This document shows, in pieces, positions 51,222-59,494 of a stretch of DNA of 64,000 nt. The notes below the pieces were generated by a model. It did not search any database. It had not been told where the DNA came from and saw only the letters and a list, made by a program, of their open reading frames with translations. Numbering within the stretch: position 1 is the first letter of the stretch; every line of letters begins with the position of its first letter. Position numbers and translations under genes: made by a program. The stretch spans positions 62,001 to 126,000 of the IMG/VR virus record IMGVR_UViG_3300044712_002668. One strand, written 5' to 3'.

Positions 51222-54191
51222 ATGATGACAACACGAAACTCAGTCTCTATTATACAAAATCGTTGGTATGACGGTCAACGCGTTGATCAGCAGGATTTAG
51301 TTACCGATCAAACCAGGAATGTGGGTACAGATGCGGCGATTATAAATAATCACTTTGGCTCAGGTGTTCTACCTAATGCAAGTTTACCTGTAACAGTTTT
51401 CGATACAGATAACCTTCTTCCAGATCAGGTAGCATTGATAGCTTCTGGTGATTTTGACGGTACAGGTTTAGAACCTATTGGTCAACCAAGTGATACCAGC
51501 AATGGTAATCAGTTATCTGTTGAGTTGATGGATTCAGATTTAAACGGACCATCTACTGCATTTGGTAGAATGAGTACAAAGGTACTTATAATAGGTCTTG
51601 ACTTTCAAGGATCTCTTCAGTACGAAAGGTTTTACTTCTATAAGAAAGAAAAACAAGTTTCTCAAAAACATTATGCAAAAGTGTTATGTGTTTTCTTCAA
51701 TGATTTTATAGGTAACACAAACTGTTCAAGGGATTTGGGCGGCAGGGTTGTAATCAAAGAAGCTAACAGTTTTGAGTTGTCCAGGGATCCTGTCATGACA
51801 GCTCAGGATACCCAACCAAACATATTTTTTCGTGATTTCAAGATATCAACATTTTCCGGTGGAACAAATCCTACGGTTACATTGTATCAAGCATTGCAGG
51901 CTGGTATAGGAAACCAATATTCAGTTGATGGTTTAAATATTACCACCACCGCTCTTGAAAACATCTATTTGCCTTCTGGGGATGTAACTACAAAGATAGG
52001 GCAAAAATTTCTAGCTCTAACAAATAACATTCAAAAAATAAGCTTACTTTTAGGTGTTGACCAGGATACCACAACTACTACTGAACATTGGTTTGATTGG
52101 AGTGGAGAGCTTATTGTAAGTGTTTATGCCTTACAAACAACTGTTTCTTCACCAAGCGATCTTGTACCAACTTTAGCTATAGAGTTTGATCCGGCTGCAC
52201 AGCCAATTACTCAGTTCAGTTTGAATCAACAATCATTAAGGGATTTAGGTTATGTACTAAACAATGTTGCTCAACCTATAGATCTTGTTTTTAGTGCTTC
52301 CCCTCTGGGTAGTTCTACAAACTCTGTAATAACGGTTGGTCAATATTATGCGGTTGTTATTAACAGGGCAGGAGATGCAAGTACTGGTAGTATTTTTGCA
52401 GCAGCAGGGGCCACTTCAAACTCTGATACCCGTGTAAGCATCTACTCAGGATTATGGACAGATATACCACAAGAAAGCTTATGGTTTCAGGTATGGACAG
52501 ATGCTGCAAAAGTATCTGATGGACAGGGTTATGATTCTGGTAATGGTATTCAAATACCTAAAACAATACAGAACAGCAGTGGTGCCTATGTTGATTACTC
52601 ATTTGGTTTGAATCAATTTTCTGATACAGGGCATAACACTTTAAATACTGCAATTATAGAAGCTGTCTTGACTCAAAGTCAGCAAGAACAAGATGAAAGA
52701 ACTGGTAGTCCAGTTTATTCTAGACAGCAATATACACCATCACTTAGTTTTGTTACAAACTCAACGCTTCAAACAATCCAAGAAACTGGTAATCCTTTAA
52801 TCATTGGAAGTACAAGGGATACAAACCCTATTAGTAACTATTCTGTAACCGGAACCCAACCATATCCTGGTTTGGTTAAAGGAGATACCTATACCCTTGT
52901 AGCTCCAGATCCATCCGTAATAGCACAAAACCTTATAGGTAGCAAATTGATACCAAATGATGATTGTGCAGGTTTGGATTACCGTATTATGAAAGTGTCA
53001 ATCTGTACCGATGGGTATGGTGATGTAAATGGTGATGGGGTTATTGATGAAGCAGATGCCAATAGAGCTATTGCACTTATTGGCGAATCCCTTTCTTCAG
53101 CATCGACACAACAAAAAATTATTGATGGTTACATATCTACTCTTGAAATATTAAGAGCTGACGTTAATGGTAATGGTATTGTTGATGCTTATGATGCTCA
53201 GTTGATTGCATCATTCATTGCCAGAGATATTTCAACATTCCCATACGGAAGATCCTTTCAGCATGTTGAATTTCAGGTTCAACAGAGTATAGGAAGATAT
53301 GATGGATACTTTGATTGTGATGGGTATATCAGACTAGACGGTTATATTGGGCAGAACAAAATAGACCCTGCAAGTCTTGGTATTTATGCTCAAATTTATG
53401 ATGGGTATATTATACCACCACAAATGGATAAGGCAGATCCTGCTTGGACAACGGTACCATATGTACCTGTACCATTCCTGATTACACCTCAGGCATTCTG
53501 GCAAGATTATCAAGTTCAATTCAGTAGTGCTACAAGAATGGTACCTGCTGTATTTACATCTCAGAGCGGAGGCAGAGTATCAACCTCGACTGTTTGTACA
53601 AGCCCAAGCATAACTAGCTGTAGTAATGTTACTGATATTATAACACAGACAGATCCTGGTAAAAATGATATCTTTATTCCAGATAACTTGATTATAAGAG
53701 GAAACATTTTAAATGTTGATGGTACTTTTTATAAGCAAGATTTTGAGGTAAAGCATTTCGTCTTGGAGCTTCCACCAGAAGTATTCTCACAAGCATCTAT
53801 TGATGTTTTCCATAAATTGGTAGCAGATGCAGGGGATGGTTTTACATCTGCTGGATATCCTGCAATGAGATATAGTGATTGTACCACTGTAGGGTTGGAT
53901 GCTTTGATTTATAACAGACTTCGTTTTGGAGTATCTATTCAATCAATAGTACCCAACCTTGATGGTTATAGTGTCGCTGATGGTTATGGCGTAATTGTTG
54001 ATGACTTGATTGGTATATACATGGATCCTATTTATGGAATTATGACAATTACAGCAAAGGATCTTGACGAGGATTTGACCAAACCAAACTTGATTACAAA
54101 GATCGAGATTGTGGTGTATGCCAAGAAAGCTGGATGGCAAAATACTACTCAAATAATTCCACCAAATCAAATCATGGGACTTGTTACTTGA
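51222..54191 (+). CDS. Baseplate/fibre-attachment protein with a dockerin-like EF-hand pair and 8 DGY motifs
   Basis: N-terminal WYDGQRVDQQDL..DQ; GDVNGDGVIDEADA and ADVNGNGIVDAYDA. Confidence 0.55.
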   Translation: MMTTRNSVSIIQNRWYDGQRVDQQDLVTDQTRNVGTDAAIINNHFGSGVLPNASLPVTVFDTDNLLPDQVALIASGDFDGTGLEPIGQPSDTSNGNQLSVELMDSDLNGPSTAFGRMSTKVLIIGLDFQGSLQYERFYFYKKEKQVSQKHYAKVLCVFFNDFIGNTNCSRDLGGRVVIKEANSFELSRDPVMTAQDTQPNIFFRDFKISTFSGGTNPTVTLYQALQAGIGNQYSVDGLNITTTALENIYLPSGDVTTKIGQKFLALTNNIQKISLLLGVDQDTTTTTEHWFDWSGELIVSVYALQTTVSSPSDLVPTLAIEFDPAAQPITQFSLNQQSLRDLGYVLNNVAQPIDLVFSASPLGSSTNSVITVGQYYAVVINRAGDASTGSIFAAAGATSNSDTRVSIYSGLWTDIPQESLWFQVWTDAAKVSDGQGYDSGNGIQIPKTIQNSSGAYVDYSFGLNQFSDTGHNTLNTAIIEAVLTQSQQEQDERTGSPVYSRQQYTPSLSFVTNSTLQTIQETGNPLIIGSTRDTNPISNYSVTGTQPYPGLVKGDTYTLVAPDPSVIAQNLIGSKLIPNDDCAGLDYRIMKVSICTDGYGDVNGDGVIDEADANRAIALIGESLSSASTQQKIIDGYISTLEILRADVNGNGIVDAYDAQLIASFIARDISTFPYGRSFQHVEFQVQQSIGRYDGYFDCDGYIRLDGYIGQNKIDPASLGIYAQIYDGYIIPPQMDKADPAWTTVPYVPVPFLITPQAFWQDYQVQFSSATRMVPAVFTSQSGGRVSTSTVCTSPSITSCSNVTDIITQTDPGKNDIFIPDNLIIRGNILNVDGTFYKQDFEVKHFVLELPPEVFSQASIDVFHKLVADAGDGFTSAGYPAMRYSDCTTVGLDALIYNRLRFGVSIQSIVPNLDGYSVADGYGVIVDDLIGIYMDPIYGIMTITAKDLDEDLTKPNLITKIEIVVYAKKAGWQNTTQIIPPNQIMGLVT

Positions 54192-54204
54192 TATATGCGA
54201 AAGC

Positions 54205-54261
54205 ATGAGAATCAAGATTCAGCAGTTTTTATTTGGCGCTAATCACAGCTGGATTAGCTGA
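54205..54261 (+). pseudogene. Orphan 5' stub of the glycosyltransferase gene (MRIKIQQFLFGANHSWIS*)
   Basis: First 11 codons encode the same peptide as the GT start at 55024, with synonymous changes. Confidence 0.85.
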
Positions 54262-54274
54262 TATATATTAATAC

Positions 54275-55022
54275 ATGGAAATTACGTGTATTAAATGTAA
54301 CACTAAACTATTGGCTAGTGCTGATAATTTTCAATGGAGAAATGATAGTAAAAAGTGGAGACCAGTATGTAAACCATGTATATCACTTAATGCAAAAAAA
54401 AGATATTCTAAAAATAAAGAAGTGATAAAAACCAAAGCGTCAGAATATCGTAAAAAAAATCGTATTAAAATAATAAACTTCATGAGAGAATATAATTATA
54501 GAGATGAAGTCCAGTTAAGAATGAAACAATATCGTATTGATAATAGAAAAAAATTAAGACAAAAAGAAAAAGCATGGAGACAAAAAAATCCTGAAAAAGC
54601 AAAATTGATTTCTCAAAGAAAAACAAAGAAAAGAAACAAAAACGCTTTGGTTAGAATAAGACAAAATGTAAGTAGAGCTATTGGGTTAGCATTGAAAAGA
54701 AAAGGATCCTCAAAACAAGGAGATTCTATATTTTCATATTTACCTTATTCATTTCAAGATTTAAAAAAAACATATTGAAAAACATTTTGAACCATGGATG
54801 AATTGGGATAATTATGGTGTATACAAAGCAAAAGAGTGGGATGATAATAATCAATTAACGTGGAAATGGCAAATAGATCATATAATACCGCATTCTGAGT
54901 TTTTATATTCATCAATGAAAGATCCTGTTTTTATAAAATGTTGGAGTTTAGATAATTTAAGACCATATTCTGCTAAAAATAATTGTATAGATGGGTGTTT
55001 TAGAAGCAGACATAAAGGATAA
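54275..55022 (+). pseudogene. HNH-type homing endonuclease split by a frameshift
   Basis: CIKC...CKPC Zn finger and basic helix (54275..54778) continue as HIEKHFEPWMNWDNYG...WQIDHIIP...NLRPYSAKNN if one A is removed from the A8 run at 54763-54770. Confidence 0.8.
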
Positions 55023-55023
55023 T

Positions 55024-56151
55024 ATGAGGATAAAAATTCAACAATTTTTGTTTGGACAAGGAGCCCATTCATGGGCGTTGGTTGGTAAAAATATTGGCAG
55101 AGCATTAATTCATCTAGGCCATGAAGTAGATTTTGTTTCTACTGATGGGTTTGAAGATAAATTTTGTCCAAATGATTTAAAACCTTTTGTCAAAAAAGAT
55201 CCTGTAGGAGAGTATGATTGTCAAATCAGTTACACAGCTCCTCACAATTGGCCGAACTATTTATCTTATGGAAAAAAGAATCGTTTTGCTATATGGAACT
55301 ATGAGTATAACAACAAAAAAGTAGATCAAGGTTATACGGCTTTGCTACAAGGATTCGGAAAGTACTACAAAAATACAGATATGGTATTACCTTCTTCTAA
55401 TTTTACAAAAGAAGTTTTTAAAAGTATGATGATTCCAGAAGATAAGATGGTTGTTATTCCTCATGGAATTGATCTGGAACAATTCTCTACAACTAAAAAG
55501 TTTCCTCTAAAAACAAAGAAATCAAAAAAGATTCTTTTGAATATAGCTCAACCTCATAGAAGGAAAGCTATCCCATTAGCTTTAGAAGCTTTCGGAAAAG
55601 CTTTTACTAAAGATGATGATGTTTGTTTAGTAGCTAAAGTTTTTAAACAAAACAATAAAGGACAAGCTTTCGATGTAGATTTTACCGGAATGTACAAAAC
55701 ATTTGAAACCAAATATCCTAAACATGCAGAGGTAGAGTTTGTACATAACTACATAGATAACATAGCTGAAATATATAATTCTTGTGATGTTAATTTTTCT
55801 GCTACATATGCAGAATGTTGGCATCTTCCTTCTTTAGAAGCTTTAGCATGTGGATTAATTAATGTTGTTCCTAGATATGGAGGACAATTAGATTTCTGTG
55901 ATGATTTTAATTCTTTACTTATAGATGGTAATGTAGTTCGTGCTCCACGTGATCATCAATACTGGAAGTTTAATCCTTTTGCTGTTCATTTCCAAATAGA
56001 TACGAATGACGCTGCGCAGAAGTTGCGGTGGGCGGTTCATCCAGAAGAAGGGAAAGTTCTTAAAGAAAAATTCGTGTCGAGCATGTCCGAAACAGCCCAG
56101 AAATTCTCCTGGGAGAATGCTGTCAGAAAGATTCTTGATCTATGCACGTAA
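55024..56151 (+). CDS. Glycosyltransferase family 4 (GT-B)
   Basis: VIPHGID, RKAIPLALEAF, ECWHLPSLEALACG; start at ATG 55024. Confidence 0.88.
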   Translation: MRIKIQQFLFGQGAHSWALVGKNIGRALIHLGHEVDFVSTDGFEDKFCPNDLKPFVKKDPVGEYDCQISYTAPHNWPNYLSYGKKNRFAIWNYEYNNKKVDQGYTALLQGFGKYYKNTDMVLPSSNFTKEVFKSMMIPEDKMVVIPHGIDLEQFSTTKKFPLKTKKSKKILLNIAQPHRRKAIPLALEAFGKAFTKDDDVCLVAKVFKQNNKGQAFDVDFTGMYKTFETKYPKHAEVEFVHNYIDNIAEIYNSCDVNFSATYAECWHLPSLEALACGLINVVPRYGGQLDFCDDFNSLLIDGNVVRAPRDHQYWKFNPFAVHFQIDTNDAAQKLRWAVHPEEGKVLKEKFVSSMSETAQKFSWENAVRKILDLCT

Positions 56152-56279
56152 CCTTACGTCACTTTGATCTTTTCGTGATCAATAAATAAATGCAAAAAGC
56201 TGCGCCAATTAAGTATATATATATTAACTATTAATTAAGATCATTAATAGCAAGTACCATGCCAGATGGAGAACAATAG

Positions 56280-56975
56280 ATGACAAAGTTAGCGATAGTG
56301 GTTTTAGCCTATAACAACTGGAGTTATACGAAACAATGTTTGAGTGATTTGCTTCAGCTTCCTGAAGATCATTCAATTATCCTCGTAGATAACGCCAGTT
56401 CAGATGAAACGAAAAATGTAAGTAAGATCTTTAATGATAAGAAATTGGATGTAATAGTTAATGAAGATAACTATGGTTTTGCTAAAGGGTGTAATATTGG
56501 ATTTAAAAAAGCTCAGGAAAAAAGATCTGAGAATGTCATGTTTTTGAACAATGATATCAGGGTGCGTTCTGAACATAAAAACTGGACGGACAGGGTGCTG
56601 TCCCAACTTTCTTCAAAAACGCTTCTAGGGCCAACTGTAGGTATTCTGGATGGTGATCTCAGGTTCGTTTGTGAGGCGGGTAAGATTCCAGAAAAATATA
56701 CCAACACCTACATGAGTGGTTGGTGTGTTACAGCCACAATGGAAACTTGGAATGAACTGGTATTACCAGGGTATGAGGGGCCGTTTTCCGAGGAGTTTGG
56801 CAAGGCTTTTTTTGAAGACAGCGATCTTGGGTTCAGGGCAAGAAATCAAAACATAAAATTTAACATAGTAGATATTCCTGTACATCATTTTGGTCACAAG
56901 ACAACAGACAAATTGAATACAAATGAGCTTTATAAAAATGCCAGAGAAATTTTCGTAAGGAAGTGGAAAAAATGA
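56280..56975 (+). CDS. Glycosyltransferase family 2
   Basis: IILVDNASSDET, NYGFAKGCNIG, FLNND, FFEDSDLG. Confidence 0.9.
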   Translation: MTKLAIVVLAYNNWSYTKQCLSDLLQLPEDHSIILVDNASSDETKNVSKIFNDKKLDVIVNEDNYGFAKGCNIGFKKAQEKRSENVMFLNNDIRVRSEHKNWTDRVLSQLSSKTLLGPTVGILDGDLRFVCEAGKIPEKYTNTYMSGWCVTATMETWNELVLPGYEGPFSEEFGKAFFEDSDLGFRARNQNIKFNIVDIPVHHFGHKTTDKLNTNELYKNAREIFVRKWKK

Positions 56976-57802
56976 AATTGCATATATTAACTTTAACTTG
57001 GAATGGAAAGAAAAGGCTGGAGGCATTGGCTCCAACCTTGGTTTCTTCCTGTAATCATTTGTCTCATGATCCTATATGGTATATAAGAGATAATGGTTCT
57101 AAAGATGATACTTTAGAATATCTGATGAGTAATGATATTCAAAAAGATAAACCTTTAAAATTAAAGGTTTTGTCTGTAGATCATAATAGGGATTCATTTG
57201 CCAGGTGTGTCAATTCTCTACTGGAGATGGCCAACCCAGCAGATGAGGATCTTGTTATGTTGTTGAATGATGATGTTGTTTTTTTCAAAAATGACAGCAT
57301 TCAAAAAATGATAGATTTACAGGACAAGACTGGGGCAGGGATAGTTGGAGCCAGGTTATTGTATCTTAACACAAACAAACTTCAACATGCCGGGATAATC
57401 TTCAGTAAGAGATATAATTCATTGCCATTTCATTTTCGTCCCGGTGAAGAGTCGGATAAGAACTCTGAAAAGAACAGATATTTCCAAGCTGTTACAGCGG
57501 CATGTTGTATAGTGAAAGCATCATCACTGAAAAAGATCAATGGCATGGATGAGGGTTTTAGATGGGCCTTTGATGATGTGGATATGAACTTTCAGATAGG
57601 TAAGAATCTTGGGGAGAAGATAGCTTATTGTGGTAATGTAGGTATTTATCATGAAGAAAGCGTATCTCTTAAAAAGAACCCTGTAAATAAATTGTTTATG
57701 GATGATAATGTAAAACGATTCCGCTCTAAATGGAATGGTAAATATACTATAGACCATGATATGTATTTGGGTAATTCTTTATATAATGAAATTAAAGTTT
57801 AA
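56972..57802 (+). CDS. Glycosyltransferase family 2
   Basis: DNGSKDDT, LLNDD, LQHAG, AVTAAC, FDDVD. Confidence 0.9.
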   Translation: MKLHILTLTWNGKKRLEALAPTLVSSCNHLSHDPIWYIRDNGSKDDTLEYLMSNDIQKDKPLKLKVLSVDHNRDSFARCVNSLLEMANPADEDLVMLLNDDVVFFKNDSIQKMIDLQDKTGAGIVGARLLYLNTNKLQHAGIIFSKRYNSLPFHFRPGEESDKNSEKNRYFQAVTAACCIVKASSLKKINGMDEGFRWAFDDVDMNFQIGKNLGEKIAYCGNVGIYHEESVSLKKNPVNKLFMDDNVKRFRSKWNGKYTIDHDMYLGNSLYNEIKV

Positions 57803-58739
57803 AAATAAGTTCTTTCCATTTGCTTCGGGGATATCTTGGGAAATTGATCAGGGTAAATATGTAGTACCAAAGATAGACGGTGAAACGTGGAAGAGCGTAT
57901 TGAGCAATAAGGATTTACACATAGTTGTATTCGGGGGTTTGTTAGAATCATTTTTTTCATTTTCTTATGCTGAGGCATTGTCTTCATTAGAGCCTGATAA
58001 AGATTTGTATTGGATAGGTGATGATAAATACAAATGCCTATTAAAGGTTAATGGTCTGTGTAAGCCTGGTCAATCAGGTTTGACAAAAACTGATTTGGAA
58101 AAATATCCAGTTCCCTTGTTTTTCGACAAAGAAGACAATGCTTACTTTAATGTGTTGCATGATTATAAGACAAAGCTAAGCTATTGGGGTCAACACCCAA
58201 AAGAAAATAAACTTCCAATACTAAAACAAATATATAATAATCTAATGATCCCTTGGAATAATTATATTCCAAAAACAAGATCATTAGATTTTTCTTTTTA
58301 TAATCATATCAGTATTAAAAATAAACTATCACATAAAACCATACTTATTATACATGATGAAGAAGATAACGCATTGAATTGGAACAAGCACAACATAAGA
58401 GAATTTGCTTTTTTGGTTGGTAAGCATGGTTTCAAAGTGTGTGTTGCAACGCATCATAGCGGAATGTTCTATGATTCAAAAGTTATAGCTATTGAGTATG
58501 ATATTTTGAAGATATTACAACTGATTACAAAGTCATGGATGGTACTATCATCAAAGATAGACTGGTTGTTTATCGCAATGATGATATCCAATGCACACAT
58601 AGTTTCAAAACATCAGGATGGAATTTATAATTTATTTGACAATGCAGAGTTCATAGGAGCAACAAACGTTATATTTACAGATAAGACTTGGATGTCTCCA
58701 ATGGACGTATGCGCAATTTGTGCGGAAGAGGAAAAATGA
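57786..58739 (+). CDS. Divergent GT-B fold protein (GT9/heptosyltransferase-like)
   Basis: GGLLESFFS..AEAL resembles the GT9 N-terminal motif; lies within the GT operon. Confidence 0.4.
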   Translation: MKLKFKNKFFPFASGISWEIDQGKYVVPKIDGETWKSVLSNKDLHIVVFGGLLESFFSFSYAEALSSLEPDKDLYWIGDDKYKCLLKVNGLCKPGQSGLTKTDLEKYPVPLFFDKEDNAYFNVLHDYKTKLSYWGQHPKENKLPILKQIYNNLMIPWNNYIPKTRSLDFSFYNHISIKNKLSHKTILIIHDEEDNALNWNKHNIREFAFLVGKHGFKVCVATHHSGMFYDSKVIAIEYDILKILQLITKSWMVLSSKIDWLFIAMMISNAHIVSKHQDGIYNLFDNAEFIGATNVIFTDKTWMSPMDVCAICAEEEK

Positions 58740-59494
58740 GTTCAACTTCAATAATGATGGTAACCTATAATAGGCTTGAGTTAACAAAACGTATGTTGTC
58801 TTCTTTATGTAAGACGGTACATTCACCATTCAATTTGGTTATAATAGATAACGCTTCTACAGATGGAACGGTTGAATACCTTCAAAACAAAATAGATACT
58901 GAATTTAAAACAGATCATTTAAGAAATTTATTTACTATATTTAATAAAGAAAACAAAGGTATAGCTATTGGAAGAAACCAGGCATTGAAAAATGGGGTTG
59001 ATGTATTCAACAGTGATTGGTTGGTGACATTGGATAATGATGTAGAGATGCCGGATGGATGGCTGGAGGAGTGTCAGAATATTCTGCAGGCGAATAGGGC
59101 TTATGGGGCGATTGGGGTCAATATGGAGAACAAGCCTTATCCCATAGTGACAAAGAATGGTTTTACGTTTCAGGATAAACCTGCGGGTAATCTTGGTACA
59201 GCTTGTATGGTATTTCCAAAGACCACTCAGAAATTATTGGGTTATTTCAACACAGAGTATGGTCCATATGGGGAAGAGGATGCGGATTTTGGAATGAGGT
59301 TACGTGTATCAGGTTTGAAGCTTGGATACATTGAAAGAATGGGTACGCATTTTGGAGAGGGTGAATTAGATAAAGGCGAGTATCGTGAGTACAAGACAGC
59401 TTGTCATAATAAGAATCTGAAGAAGTTCAATGAGAATTGTGCGCTATATGCACAAGGAAAGAAGAAATTATATATGCCTTATAGTGAGGGTTGA
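58736..59494 (+). CDS. Glycosyltransferase family 2
   Basis: TYNRLELT, IIDNASTDGT, NKGIAIGRN, LDND, YGEEDADFG. Confidence 0.9.
   Translation: MSSTSIMMVTYNRLELTKRMLSSLCKTVHSPFNLVIIDNASTDGTVEYLQNKIDTEFKTDHLRNLFTIFNKENKGIAIGRNQALKNGVDVFNSDWLVTLDNDVEMPDGWLEECQNILQANRAYGAIGVNMENKPYPIVTKNGFTFQDKPAGNLGTACMVFPKTTQKLLGYFNTEYGPYGEEDADFGMRLRVSGLKLGYIERMGTHFGEGELDKGEYREYKTACHNKNLKKFNENCALYAQGKKKLYMPYSEG

Noticed and set aside
4797-53987. DGY as a DNA-level repeat (GATGGNTAY), e.g. a protein-binding or recombination site
   Set aside because: Third codon positions vary freely and the counted copies are in-frame within structural genes, indicating peptide-level selection; out-of-frame copies were not exhaustively counted
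21540-54191. Bacterial extracellular contractile injection system (eCIS/tailocin) or T6SS
   Set aside because: Giant wedge and fibre genes, Dda helicase, HNH homing nucleases, Hsp20 and the lack of an Afp15-like ATPase or host housekeeping genes fit a large phage better. Capsid genes are not in this window, so this is not fully proven.
54205-55024. Group I intron carrying the HNH gene
   Set aside because: Only 13 nt separate the stub stop from the HNH start and the HNH stop abuts the GT start, leaving no room for a ribozyme core; the downstream GT has its own complete N-terminus
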